Of a DNA stretch of 64,000 bases, positions 14,591 to 24,830 are shown piece by piece; positions within the stretch are counted from its first letter, which is position 1, and each line of letters starts with the position of its first letter. A program made the position numbers and the translations under genes. The stretch is from contig CAVZLN010000003.1 in NCBI GenBank assembly GCA_963776245.1, forward strand, positions 320,001 through 384,000. The letters are read 5' to 3'. The notes under the pieces are model-generated. The model searched no databases. It was not told the DNA's origin and worked only from the letters and a program-made list of their open reading frames with translations. Source of the stretch: Candidatus Eiseniibacteriota bacterium. GTDB taxonomy: Bacteria > Eisenbacteria > RBG-16-71-46.

Positions 14591-15938
14591 ATGAAACGGA
14601 GAATCGGCAGCATCCTGATCCTCGCGCTCGCCGTGAGTGCGGCGGGCTGCAGCAAGATCGCCCCCATCAACGCCCCGGCCAACGGGAAGCTCACCAGCGG
14701 GACCGCCGACTTCACGACCTACGTCGCGATGGGCACCAGCATCACGGCCGGCAACCAGTCCGGCGGCCTCGTGGTCACCCACCAGCAGCGCGCCTTCCCG
14801 GTGCTGTTCGCCCGCCAGATCGGCCAGGCGTCGTTCACCATCCCGAGCGTCAGCGCCGACGGCATCCCCGCGCTCCTGCGGATCGCCGGCACCGGCGCCG
14901 TGGGCGGCGGCATCCTCATCAACAACACCGGGCGCACCACCGGATCGCCCGACCAATGCCACCCAGGCCACGACCTATCACAACATGGCCGTGCCGGGCG
15001 CCATGCTGCGCGAACGCGGCGGACGCGTCGCTCGTATTCCCCAATCCGATGTTCGCCATCATCGCGCGCGGCCGGGGCACCGTGCTCGCTCAGGTGTTGC
15101 AGCTCCAGCCCACGTTCGTGTCGTTCGAGTACGGCGCGAACGAGGTGCTGGGTCCGGCCACCAATGGCTCCGGGACCCCGCTGGTGACGCCGGTGCAGTT
15201 CGGCGCGCTCTACGCCGGCACCCTCGACGCGCTCCTGGCAGCGCGGCCGGGAGTGAAGCTCGCGCTGTTCACGGTGCCCGACGTGACCACGATCCCCTAC
15301 GTCAATTACTTCAAGCCCGACTCCCTCGACGCAAGTGGGAACCGGGTGCGTCTGCTGGGTCCGGTGGATGCGGACCACCCCGACGGCAAGCTGCTCCCGA
15401 CCGATCACGTGCTGCTCAATGCCGCCACCACGCTCGCCGGCGGCAACGGCTTCCCGATCGGCACGGTCTCGTACGTCTCGGGCTACCCGGCACCGGGGTG
15501 CCGCTCACCGGCGCGATGGTGCTCTCGGCCAGTGAGGCGACCTCGATCCGCGCCGCGGTCGACGGATACAACGCCGTCATCGTCGCCCAGGCCGCGGCGC
15601 GCGGCGCCGCGCTGGTGGACATGAACGGCATGCTCAAGTCCATCGCCGAGCACGGATACCGCTTCCAGACGCAGACGCTCACCGCCACGTACGTCACCGG
15701 CGGCATCTTCAGCCTCGACGGGGTGCATCCCAACGATCTCGCGCACGGCATCCTCGGCAACCTCATGATCGACGCCGTGAACGCGAAGTTCGGTTCGAAC
15801 ATCCCGCGCCTGGACCTCAACGCGCTGGCCACCTCCAGTTCCTCGTCCGCCACACGGGCGCGGGGCGAGGAGCCGGTGAACGCGAGCATCGAGGACTCGG
15901 AAGCGGTCTTCGCGCACATGTTCCCCTGGCGCCAGTGA
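14591..15938 (+). CDS. SGNH/GDSL-type lipase lipoprotein (about three frameshifts)
   Basis: Lipobox 'AAGC', block I 'YVAMGTSITAG', 'NMAVPGA', 'GANEVLG', C-terminal 'FSLDGVHPN', spread over three frames. Confidence 0.78.
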
Positions 15939-15955
15939 CCCCGGGCACCTGACAC

Positions 15956-15987
15956 GAAGGGGCGGAGCCGTTCGGCTCCGCCCCTTC
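15956..15987. terminator. Hairpin between convergent genes, likely terminator
   Basis: Perfect 14-bp stem GAAGGGGCGGAGCC-GTTC-GGCTCCGCCCCTTC. Confidence 0.7.
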
Positions 15988-16013
15988 TCGCTGCCCGGCG
16001 CGCGGCCGGACGC

Positions 16014-16873
16014 TCACGGCGGCGTGGCCCAGCCCACGACCGACCGGACCCACTCCGCCACGCGGTCGATGTAGCCGGGGATGGCGGTCAGGTCGGCTAG
16101 CGTCGCGGCGGGGACCCGCCAGAGGTCGACGCGCGGATGCGGAGCGGAACAGCTCCGTCGCCCACCGAGGACGGCGCCGCTTCCTCGCGGCCCGCGAGCA
16201 TCAGCAGCACCGGCACGCGGACCAGGCTCGCGGCCGCGAACGGTTCGTCGGCGCGGGCGATCAGCCGCTGCTGGCGCGCGACCTCGTCGGGGATCACCGA
16301 GGTGCCGTCCCAGCGCATCCGGTCCTCGGTGCTGCGGAACGGATTGTCGATCGCGATGCCCTCGGTGAGCACCGGACGCCCCTTCGCGCGCCGCCGCCGC
16401 CATCATCACCACGCTGCCGAGATCGTGCCCCCAGCCGAGCACGCACGTGCCGGAGTCGGCGCGGGCGCGCGCATAGCGCAGCGCCCCGACCGCGTCGTCC
16501 ACCCAGCGCGACGCGAGCACCACGTGGCGGAGGGAATCCGCGGCGCCCGGGCCCCGCGGAGCGGAAGTCGCGGTAGTCGAACAGCAGCAGCGCGATGCCG
16601 CGGTCGTGGAGCCTGCGCGCCAGCGGCAGCAGGTCGGCCCGCGAGCCGGTGGCCGCACCTGCCATCACCAGCACCGGGGCGTGCCGCGGTCCCGCGATCC
16701 ACCAGCCCTCGAGCGCCGCGCTGTCGCGCGCCGCGCGGAACCCCACCTTCTCGAACGCCAGCTTGAAGGCCGCCGGGGGTCGGCGCCGGCCGCGCCGGCG
16801 CCGCGCGCGCGACCGGCGCCGCGAGTGCCAGCGCCGTCACGGCGCAGGCCATCATCCGCGTGCGACGGTTCAT
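16014..16873 (-). CDS. Secreted alpha/beta-hydrolase-like protein, frameshifted
   Basis: Fragments 'MNRRTRMMACAVTALALAA', 'LEGWWIAG...LLLFDYRDF', 'DDAVGALRY...GWGHDLG', 'VPVLLMLAG'. The nucleophile elbow reads GHDLG, so catalysis is uncertain. Confidence 0.6.
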
Positions 16874-18516
16874 GCCGTCGGGAGCCTCTCCCACAGTTCC
16901 TCGCGCATCAGGAAGGGCGGCAGGGTGCCGAGCGCGAGCAGCGTGGCGTGGAACTCGTAGAGGTCGAAGGCGGGCCCCAGCCGGCGCTGGGTCTCCGCTC
17001 GGATCTCGAGCAGCAGCATCTTCCCCACGAGATACGCCAGCGGTTCGGTCGGGGTGAGCGTGTAGCGCTTCACCTCGGCCTCGGCGTTGTGGCGCTCGAG
17101 CATCGCCTCGTCGACCAGCATGTCGGCGGCCTGCTCGACCGTCATCCGGTCGGTCTGGAGCCCCACGTCGATGACCACGCGACACGCGCGCCACAGCGCG
17201 TCGCGCAGCGCGATCAGCCGCGTCCCGGGCTCGACCAGGTAGCCCTGCTCGAGCATGAGCTCCTCGCAGTAGAACGCCCAGCCCTCGCTCATCAGGCTGC
17301 TGTTCGCGAGCCGGCGCAGGCGCGATCCGCCGCCGGTCGCGTGCGCGGACTGCACGTGGTGCCCCGGGAACGACTCGTGCACGACCCGCAGCGGGATGGC
17401 GGCCTCGACGTGTCCCATCAGCGCCTCCTCCTGCTGGGCGCGCGGCCGCAGCAGGTCGGGCGGGGTGACGAAGAACTGTCCGACCTGCTCGACGTCGAAC
17501 GCGGCGGGCTTGAGGTACGAGACGTAAGGGAGGATCGGCCGCAGGAACGCCGGCGTGTCCACCACCTCGAGCCCGGCGAGCGGGAGCGGGACGAGATGCC
17601 GGGACTCGACGAAGCGCCGCGCGCGCTCGACCTCCGCGCGGTACGCGTCGAGCACGCGCAGGGGCTCGGGCCAGCGTCGGCGCGCGAGGTCGTACTGCTC
17701 GCGCCACGAGCGCGAGGGATCGAGGCGCTTCGCCTCGGCCACCAGCCGCGCGCGTGCCAGCTCGACCTGCTGGCGACCGAACTCCGCGAGATAGGCGCAG
17801 TCCATCGACAGCAGGTGCTCGCGCTCGAGTCGGAAGTTCATCCAGCGCTCGCCGATGGCGAAGGTGCCGGTCGCACGGGGCCGCAGCTCGCGGTCGAGGA
17901 ACGCCTGGTACTGCAGGAACCCGACGCGCGCGCGCTTGGCGGCGTGCTCGAAGCGCTCCGCCTCGCCCGGGAACGCGCGCATCAGCACGCGCGTGACGTC
18001 GTCGACGAATCCGGGGCCGGTCTCGGCGACCTCGTTCGCGATCGTCACCTGGATGGAGGACGGGGCCCCGATCACCTGCTGCGCGGCCGCGAGGTAGTCC
18101 GGGATCGCCATCAGCCGCGAGACGATGTGCTCCTTGCGCTCGTCGAGCGGCGCGAACGGACGCGCCAGCAGCAGGTACACGCCGATGAGCGCGGTCTGGA
18201 CGAACCGCGCGGGGTCCTTGGCGTGGACGTTCATCTCCTCGAGTTCGGCACGCTGGATCGCCAGCCGCGAGCGCAGCAGCGCGTAGTCCACGCGTTGCGG
18301 GGTGGACAGCTCGTCCCACGGCACCGAGGCCACCAGGCGCTGCTCGAGGTCGCGGAGCCAGGCCGCGCGCTCGCGCAGCCCGTCCGGGGTGTCGAGCGGG
18401 AAGCGCCCGTCGTAGTCGTGGATGCCGGCGCCGGTCGCCGCGACCGGGTCGTGGCGCAGCGACTCCTCGACGTACTCCTCACACAGCGCGTTGAAGACCT
18501 TGAGGGTCTCGTCCAT
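16870..18516 (-). CDS. DUF885-family protein (putative metallopeptidase)
   Basis: 'PVAATGAGIHDYD', 'HESFPGHHVQ', 'SEGWAFYCE', 'RACRVVIDVGL', 'EVKRY..PT..LAY'. Confidence 0.85.
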   Translation of the reverse strand: MDETLKVFNALCEEYVEESLRHDPVAATGAGIHDYDGRFPLDTPDGLRERAAWLRDLEQRLVASVPWDELSTPQRVDYALLRSRLAIQRAELEEMNVHAKDPARFVQTALIGVYLLLARPFAPLDERKEHIVSRLMAIPDYLAAAQQVIGAPSSIQVTIANEVAETGPGFVDDVTRVLMRAFPGEAERFEHAAKRARVGFLQYQAFLDRELRPRATGTFAIGERWMNFRLEREHLLSMDCAYLAEFGRQQVELARARLVAEAKRLDPSRSWREQYDLARRRWPEPLRVLDAYRAEVERARRFVESRHLVPLPLAGLEVVDTPAFLRPILPYVSYLKPAAFDVEQVGQFFVTPPDLLRPRAQQEEALMGHVEAAIPLRVVHESFPGHHVQSAHATGGGSRLRRLANSSLMSEGWAFYCEELMLEQGYLVEPGTRLIALRDALWRACRVVIDVGLQTDRMTVEQAADMLVDEAMLERHNAEAEVKRYTLTPTEPLAYLVGKMLLLEIRAETQRRLGPAFDLYEFHATLLALGTLPPFLMREELWERLPTA

Positions 18517-18592
18517 CGTTCTCCGATGACTGACGGAGGGCCTCCGCGCGCAGGCACGGAGGCCCTGGATCCACGGACGGTTCTGGCGCGGA

Positions 18593-19234
18593 TCAGCCCG
18601 CGCGGGTGAGTTCGGCCGCCTGCTTGCCCTTCGGCCCCATCACCACGGCGTATTCGACCCGGTCGCCCTCGTTGAGCGTGCGGAACCCGGCCCCCTGGAT
18701 GGCGGAGAAGTGGACGAAGATGTCCTCCCCGCCGTCATCCTGGATGAAGCCGAATCCCTTCGCCTCGTTGAACCATTTCACCGACCCGGTCGCGCGCGCG
18801 CCCGGATTCACCGGGCGCAGGTCGGCCGGCGGGGCGCTGCTGCGCGGGGTGCGACCGCCGCCGCCGTGTCCGCCGCCGGCGCCACGGCCCTCGCCGCGGC
18901 CACCGCCGCCGCTTCCGCCGCTTCCGCCCTTGTGCTTCTGGAAGCACTCGCGGCAGTACACCGGCCGCACGCCGGTGGGCGCGAACGGCACCTGGGTCTC
19001 GACGCCGCAGTCACTGCACACCGCAGTGTGCATCTCGCCGCCCCGCGAGGAGAAGCCGCCCCCCCCGCCTCCGCCCTCACCGCGCGTCGCCTTGCGGCTG
19101 TCGCGGCACCGCTTGCAGCGGGTGGGCGCATTGGTCAGGCCCTTCTGGCGATAGAAGTCCTGCTCACCCGCGGTGAACACGAAGTCCTCGCCGCAGTCCA
19201 CACACGCGATGTGGCGATCCTCTCCAGTATCCAT
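18593..19234 (-). CDS. Zinc-ribbon + CxxC-x17-CxxC + cold-shock domain protein
   Basis: 'CVDCG..F.F..GEQDFY...PTRCKRC', 'CSDCG...PVYCREC', Gly-rich linkers, CSD '[15 protein letters not shown]...DIFVHFSAI'. Confidence 0.88.
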   Translation of the reverse strand: MDTGEDRHIACVDCGEDFVFTAGEQDFYRQKGLTNAPTRCKRCRDSRKATRGEGGGGGGGFSSRGGEMHTAVCSDCGVETQVPFAPTGVRPVYCRECFQKHKGGSGGSGGGGRGEGRGAGGGHGGGGRTPRSSAPPADLRPVNPGARATGSVKWFNEAKGFGFIQDDGGEDIFVHFSAIQGAGFRTLNEGDRVEYAVVMGPKGKQAAELTRAG

Positions 19235-19287
19235 GACCTTGCGCCGACCTCCCAGGGGACGGGGTGAGACCGATGGGTCCGTCTGAC

Positions 19288-19324
19288 AACAAGAACGCCC
19301 CCGCAGCCAAGCGCTGCCGGGGCG
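19288..19324 (-). terminator. Terminator-like hairpin in the 5' leader of the cold-shock gene
   Basis: Minus strand CGCCCCGGCAGC-GCTTG-GCTGCGGGGGCG followed by TTCTTGTT. Confidence 0.55.
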
Positions 19325-19441
19325 ACTCAGGTGCCGGTTCGGGCAAGCCGCGAGACGGAAGACTGGGACGCACCGACAGGATGATCGCTCACGGACCTAC
19401 CCGGCTCGGAATCGACGGACCTTTGCACGAACTGCGTGGGA

Positions 19442-19471
19442 AGTATGGAACGACTCCGGCGCGGCTGTCAA
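19442..19471 (-). promoter_or_regulatory. Putative sigma70 promoter of the cold-shock gene
   Basis: Minus strand TTGACA-N18-CATACT. Confidence 0.55.
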
Positions 19472-20382
19472 CGGCCGCGAAGAGCGGACCGGACGGGGTG
19501 GCCCGGGCGTCCGGGGCCCGCTCCGGGGCCCTCCGGAGCGCCCGCGCAGAGCGCCTGGAGGATCTCGCCCATGGTGATGACGTCGAGCAGGTTGTGGTGG
19601 AAGACCGGGACCAGCCGGTAGGGGTCGCCGCTGCGCACGAAGTCGTGGTAGAGCCCGGGCACCTGCTCCCCCGGCACGTCCCCGACCCGGCGGCGGCGCG
19701 TGACATGGAGCTCGAGGGTCTGCAGCCGGCAGTCGTGCAGGGTCGTCTTCCAGCGCCGGCGCGAGACGTGCAGCAGGTCGAGATGTCGCGGGGGCAGCTC
19801 CAGCGGCACGCCGTGCACGGCGGCGCGGGCATGGAGGAACGGCGCGTCGTACGACTTGCCGTTGAAGGTGACCAGGAAGGTGAAGCCACGAGCGGCCTCG
19901 CGCAGCACGTCGAGCAGCGCGGCCTCCTCGCCGTAGTGCCGCGCGAAGTACTGGCGCAACACGAAGTCCTCGCCGTTCCAGTGCATGGTGCCGGCGAGGA
20001 ACACCGGGCTCGACGCCAGGCCGCCGGTTTCGAGATCGAGGAACAGCGCGTGCTCGAGTCCGAGCGCGGCGAGCGCGATCAGGTCCGCCTCGCCCGCCGG
20101 CGGGGCGCCGAGGCGCCCCCAGTGCGAGCGTCGCGCCTCGACCGACGAGCGCAGACGCTCGTGCACGTACACCGCGCCGCGCTCCGAGCGCCACTCGCCC
20201 CCGGGCAGGAATTCCTCCACGCCCGCGCGCTCGGCCCGCTTCCCGGTCCCGCCCGCGGGGCGGAGGCCCGGTCGCGGGCGGGGCGCTCCCGGCATCTCGC
20301 CGGCGCCGGGCGCGGCGGAGCCCGCGCGGCGCGCGCGCGCCAGCGCGCCGAGCCGGACACGCAGGGTGTCGCCGACGGTCAT
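19468..20382 (-). CDS. RNase H-like/DEDD exonuclease, YprB/MrfB-like
   Basis: 'ALFLDLETGGL', 'VTFNGKSYDAPFL', 'HLDLLH', 'LQTLE', 'HHNLLDV'. ATG 20382 overlaps the upstream stop. Confidence 0.85.
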   Translation of the reverse strand: MTVGDTLRVRLGALARARRAGSAAPGAGEMPGAPRPRPGLRPAGGTGKRAERAGVEEFLPGGEWRSERGAVYVHERLRSSVEARRSHWGRLGAPPAGEADLIALAALGLEHALFLDLETGGLASSPVFLAGTMHWNGEDFVLRQYFARHYGEEAALLDVLREAARGFTFLVTFNGKSYDAPFLHARAAVHGVPLELPPRHLDLLHVSRRRWKTTLHDCRLQTLELHVTRRRRVGDVPGEQVPGLYHDFVRSGDPYRLVPVFHHNLLDVITMGEILQALCAGAPEGPGAGPGRPGHPVRSALRGR

Positions 20383-21131
20383 CGGTCGCGGGCCGCGAGG
20401 ATCACGAGGCGGCGGCTCTCGACCGAGTAGGGCGCGCCGTCGGCGTCTCCCCACGCCTCGCGTGTCACCAGCCCGTGGCGGCTCATGAGCGCGGTGAGTT
20501 CGGCGCAGGTGTAGGCCCGCAACTCGTATTCCTTGGTGACGCGCACCCCGCCCTCGGGCTCGATGAGCATCTGGCGGGTGACCACCCGCGACCGCACCAC
20601 GTCGAGCGTGGTCTCCTCCATCAGCAGCGCGCCGTCCGGGCGCTGGGTCCAGCTGCGCTGCTGGGGGTGGGTGAGCAGGAAGTCGCGGTTCACCAGGTCG
20701 AGCAGGAAGCGGCCGCCGGGCTTGAGCGCGCGGGCGATCTGCGCGAGCACCTGCTCGTTCTCCGGGTCGGCGAAGTAGCCGAACGAGGTGAAGAACGAGT
20801 ACACGCCGTCGAACTCGCGATCGAACGGCAGCGCGCGCATGTCGGCCGCGATCCAGCCCACCTCGACCCCCACCGCGCGCGCGTCGGTGCCGGCGAGGGC
20901 GAGATACGCCGGATTGAAGTCCACGCCGGTCACGCGGTGCCCGCGCGCCGCCATCCCGATCGCGTGCCGGCCGAAGCCGCACGCCAGATCGAGCACCGCC
21001 GCGCCGGCCGGAAGCGCGAGCGCGCGCTCGATGAACTCCACCTCGCGCGCGGTGCCCTCCGGGGTGAACATCGGGCGGTAGATGCGCAGGTAGTCCTCAT
21101 CGAAGAAGGCGACCGGCCATTCGGTGGACAT
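20379..21131 (-). CDS. Class I SAM-dependent methyltransferase
   Basis: 'VLDLACGFGRH', 'VTGVDF', 'ADMRALPF', 'FTSFGYF', 'LKPGGRFLLD'. Start ATG 21131. Confidence 0.9.
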   Translation of the reverse strand: MSTEWPVAFFDEDYLRIYRPMFTPEGTAREVEFIERALALPAGAAVLDLACGFGRHAIGMAARGHRVTGVDFNPAYLALAGTDARAVGVEVGWIAADMRALPFDREFDGVYSFFTSFGYFADPENEQVLAQIARALKPGGRFLLDLVNRDFLLTHPQQRSWTQRPDGALLMEETTLDVVRSRVVTRQMLIEPEGGVRVTKEYELRAYTCAELTALMSRHGLVTREAWGDADGAPYSVESRRLVILAARDR

Positions 21132-21132
21132 C

Positions 21133-23505
21133 TCAGTCGTTCCTTTCGAGCCAGTGTCCGAGGAGCGCGCGCGCCGCGGCCTTCCCGGGGTTGGGGCGCT
21201 CGCGCTGGAGATCGGGGTCCTGCTGTTGCGCCGGCCACAGCGTGGGGAGGCCCACGCACGACGGGCAGCCCGACGCGCACGGGCAGGCTTCGAGGTGATC
21301 GAGGGCCGCATGCGCGAGCTCGTCGAGCCGCGCCCAGCCCTGCTCGGCGAAGCCCAGCCCGCCCGGGTAGCGGTCGAACAGGAACAGCGCCGGGCGCCCG
21401 AGGTTGGAGGAATCGATCTTACCGCCCAGATCGGCGGGATCGCACATGGACAGCATGGAGAGGAGGGTGATGAACAGGTTGCGCACCCCCATCAGCCCCT
21501 CGACCGGATTGAGCCCGAGGCGCGCGACCGCGCCCCACGCGGCCGCGCCGGGGGCGAGCCAGAAGCCCGTGGTCTCGAGGGTCAGCCGGGGCAGTTCGAG
21601 CGGGTGGTAGCCGATGGCGTCGAGCGAGTGGAAGCGGATCTTCTTCATCGCCACGGTCTGCCACGCGTAGGTGAGCGCGCCGAACGCCACGCGCTCGCCG
21701 CGCCAGTCCCGGGCCTGCGTCTCGCCGCCCACCCGGATGGTGGTGTCGAGCACCGGCTGGGTGTAGTAGTCGACCGTGCGCGGCTCGACGTACGCCACCT
21801 TCTGCGCGAGATCGAGCTCGCGCACGAAATGGGTCTCGCCCTGGTGCAGGTAGATGGCCTCCGGGTAGACCAGTTCGAGCCCGCTGATGGCATCCACGTT
21901 GCCGATGACGGCGTTGGCGCGCGTGACGTCGACGATCGTGTAGGTGTCGTCCGAGATGGTGCGCAGGCTCACCTTGCGCGCCGGCATGTCGGCGCTCGCC
22001 CAGTAGGCGCGGCCGTCGATGATCTTGACCTCGCCCGCTTCCTCGAGCGCGCCGAGGATCTCGGGCAGCTGCGGGCCGAAGCGCGCCGCGTCCGTCTCGC
22101 CGAGCGGCAGTTCGTGCGCCGCGCACGCCAGCTGGCGCGCCAGGATGTAGGGATTGTGCGGGTCCACCACCGCGCTCTCCGCGGGGCGCCCGAACAGGTG
22201 CTCGGGGTGCCGCATCAGGTACTGGTCCGCGGTCTCGTTGTACGCCACCAGCACCGCCAGCGCGGGCTCGCCCTGGCGGCCCGCGCGCCCGGCCTGCTGC
22301 CACGCGCTCGCGCGCGTGGCCGGCGCGCCGATCATCACCACCGCGTCGAGCCCGCCGATGTCCACCCCGAGCTCGAGCGCGTTGGTGGTGACCACCCCGC
22401 GCAGCTCGCCCGAGAACAGCGCCCGCTCGATGGCGCGCCGCTCCTCCGGCAGGTACCCGCCGCGGTAGGGCCGGATGCGGTCGGCGAGCGCGGGCGCCTG
22501 CTGCTCGAGGCGCTCGCGCGCGTAGCGATACACCAGTTCGGCGGCGACCCGCGACTTGGTGAACGCCAGCGCCTGCGCCCCGCTCTCGAGCAGGCCGGCG
22601 AGGATCCGGCAGCCCTCGCCGTTCGAGGAACGGCGCTGGACGCGCGCCTCGTCCACGAACGGCGGGTTCCAGAACACGAAGTGCTTCGCCCCGCGCGGCG
22701 CGCCATCGTCGTCCACCACGGTGACGTCGCGACCGGTGAGCGCCCCCGCCAGCTCGCCCGGGTTGCGGAGGGTGGCGCTGGTGAGCACGTAGCGGTACCC
22801 GCCGCCGACATGGGCCACCACGCGCTCGAGCCGCCGCAGCACGTTGGCGACGTGCGAGCCGAAGATGCCGCGGTAGGCGTGCATCTCGTCCACCACCACG
22901 AAGCGCAGCTCGCGCAGGAAGCGGCCCCAGCGCCCGTGCTGCGGCAGGATCGCGGCATGCAGCATGTCGGGGTTCGAGAGGATGAGGTTGGACGCGTCGC
23001 GGATGCGGCGGCGGGTCGCGGCCTCGGTGTCGCCGTCGTACACCCCGGCGCGCACCGCGCGCAGGAGATCGGGATGGCCGCTGGCCAGCCGGGTGAGTCC
23101 CTTGAGCTGGTCCTGGGCCAGCGCCTTGGTCGGGAACAGGTAGAGGGCGGTGGCCTGCGGGTCCTCGAGCAGCCGTTCGAGCACCGGCACGTGATAGCAC
23201 AGGCTCTTGCCGCTCGCGGTGCCGGTCACCAGCACCACGTCGAGTCCGCCGCGCAGCGCCTCGATGGCCTGCACCTGGTGGGTGTAGAGCTCGCGGATGC
23301 CCCGCTGTCCGAGCGCTTCCTCGAGCACGCCGGGCAGCGGCAGCGCGAGCCGGCCGTGGCGTGCCGGGCAGGCCGGCAGGATCTCCCGGTGAACGATCGC
23401 CTCGTCCGCTCCGGGCAGGGCGGTGAGCGCGGCGAGCCACGGCGGCGCGCCGGGCACGGACGGCTCGGGCGGCCACTCGGCGCGGCGAGCGGGGCTGGCC
23501 TGCAT
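21133..23505 (-). CDS. DEAH-box helicase with C-terminal DUF1998 Cys cluster (MrfA/YprA/Hrq1 family)
   Basis: 'LYTHQ', 'TGTASGKSLCY', 'PTKALAQDQ', 'VVDEMHAY', 'SATLRNP', 'NALELGVDIG', 'QQAGRAGR', 'CPCASGCPSC'. Start ATG 23505. Confidence 0.92.
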   Translation of the reverse strand: MQASPARRAEWPPEPSVPGAPPWLAALTALPGADEAIVHREILPACPARHGRLALPLPGVLEEALGQRGIRELYTHQVQAIEALRGGLDVVLVTGTASGKSLCYHVPVLERLLEDPQATALYLFPTKALAQDQLKGLTRLASGHPDLLRAVRAGVYDGDTEAATRRRIRDASNLILSNPDMLHAAILPQHGRWGRFLRELRFVVVDEMHAYRGIFGSHVANVLRRLERVVAHVGGGYRYVLTSATLRNPGELAGALTGRDVTVVDDDGAPRGAKHFVFWNPPFVDEARVQRRSSNGEGCRILAGLLESGAQALAFTKSRVAAELVYRYARERLEQQAPALADRIRPYRGGYLPEERRAIERALFSGELRGVVTTNALELGVDIGGLDAVVMIGAPATRASAWQQAGRAGRQGEPALAVLVAYNETADQYLMRHPEHLFGRPAESAVVDPHNPYILARQLACAAHELPLGETDAARFGPQLPEILGALEEAGEVKIIDGRAYWASADMPARKVSLRTISDDTYTIVDVTRANAVIGNVDAISGLELVYPEAIYLHQGETHFVRELDLAQKVAYVEPRTVDYYTQPVLDTTIRVGGETQARDWRGERVAFGALTYAWQTVAMKKIRFHSLDAIGYHPLELPRLTLETTGFWLAPGAAAWGAVARLGLNPVEGLMGVRNLFITLLSMLSMCDPADLGGKIDSSNLGRPALFLFDRYPGGLGFAEQGWARLDELAHAALDHLEACPCASGCPSCVGLPTLWPAQQQDPDLQRERPNPGKAAARALLGHWLERND

Positions 23506-23753
23506 GGGATGGGGTCCTCGGGGACCGCGCGCAGAGCGGTCCGCAGGGTCGGAACGAGAGCGCTCGGGACGCTCAGGCAGGGCGGCAGTATAGCCACCGC
23601 GCCCGGGGGGCGGAAGAGACAAATGTGCAGTAAGGGCGTCCCGGCCGCCAGGCCGGGGCGAAACCTCCGCGATGGGAAGGGCCCCGGCGGGCGTCCGCGG
23701 ATCGTGCCTGGAGAACCGGCGGTCGCGGCCCCCGCGGCGCGCGACCTCAGCCC

Positions 23754-24830
23754 TCACTCGACCTTGTGATCGGTGGGCTGGATGCCGCTCACGAGCCACT
23801 CGCCGCCGGTCAGCGCGAACTGCAGATCGTAGGCCTCGCCGGCGCCGCGCAGGAAGACCATGTGGGTCGCCGTCTCGTCGGTGGCCGGCGCCACGCGCCA
23901 CAGCCCCCGCGACTGCGCGAACCCCTCGCGCCGCGCGACCTCGACGAGGGAGCGGTCGGAGACCAGCGCCTCGGCGGTGGTGCGGTCGTTGGTCACCAGC
24001 GCCTGGATGAAGCGCACGAAGGTCGAGTAGGGCGAGGGGGACTCCTCCTCGGACTGGACCACGAACCCATCGCGTCCCCACGCGAGCCGCCGCACCCGGT
24101 AGATGTGGGGACAGGTCGTGCATTCCTCGAAGCCGCGGTTCGTCCGGTAGGTGCGCGTCACCAGCATGAGCGTGTCCCCACGCGTCTCGAAATCGCCGGT
24201 CCCGGCGCCCCCCAGCGAATCCGGGCCGAGGGTCTGCGCCACCTCCCAGCCCTGGGGATTGCGGGTCCACACCACCAGGTAGAGCTGGCTCCCGACGGGC
24301 GCGCGCCGGTCCAGCAGGAGCGCCACCGCCGGCGGCACCGAGTCGCGGGCGCCGTCGGCGCGCAGCCCGCGGCTGGCCAGCTGGAGCAGTCGCATCGAAC
24401 GCCCCTCGAGCGGCTGGGACTCCGGCCCGCGCGGGCCGCACCAGAACAGGTACGGCCACGAGCCCGCCGCCGGGTCGGCGCGGGAGAAGAAGTTCACCGC
24501 CAGCGCGCAGCGGCCGCCGGCGAGCTCCATGCCCACCCCGAGCGAATCGAGGAAGACCTGCGCGCGAGCCGTCCAGTCCTCGGGCGCGGCGGCCGCCAGC
24601 GCGAGCCCGAGCGCCCGCGCCGAGGCCCGGGCCGCCGCTTCGCCGCCGCCCGGCGCGTCCCACGCCTGCTGCGCCTGCCGCGTGAGGATCACGGTCGAAT
24701 CCAGCCTCGCGGTCGAGAGCGAATCGCCGGCGGGATATTCCACGTGGGGACGCCGGCCACAGCCGCTCGCCGACGCCAGCAGGGCGGCGCAGGCGCAGGC
24801 GAGCACGACCCGGTGCGCGCGCACGCTCAT
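23754..24830 (-). CDS. Hypothetical lipoprotein
   Basis: Lipobox-like 'LLASASGC'; carries 'ECTTCPH'; similar to the upstream ORF. Confidence 0.7.
   Translation of the reverse strand: MSVRAHRVVLACACAALLASASGCGRRPHVEYPAGDSLSTARLDSTVILTRQAQQAWDAPGGGEAAARASARALGLALAAAAPEDWTARAQVFLDSLGVGMELAGGRCALAVNFFSRADPAAGSWPYLFWCGPRGPESQPLEGRSMRLLQLASRGLRADGARDSVPPAVALLLDRRAPVGSQLYLVVWTRNPQGWEVAQTLGPDSLGGAGTGDFETRGDTLMLVTRTYRTNRGFEECTTCPHIYRVRRLAWGRDGFVVQSEEESPSPYSTFVRFIQALVTNDRTTAEALVSDRSLVEVARREGFAQSRGLWRVAPATDETATHMVFLRGAGEAYDLQFALTGGEWLVSGIQPTDHKVE

Noticed and set aside
13281..14600. fadL and the lipase both begin with ATGAAACGGA
   Set aside because: A common MKR signal-peptide start; a 10-nt match is not meaningful.
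21133..23505. DUF1998 helicase as a DISARM or Druantia defence system
   Set aside because: No drmB/C/D, DNA methylase or dru genes are nearby, and the YprB-like partner indicates MrfAB-type repair.
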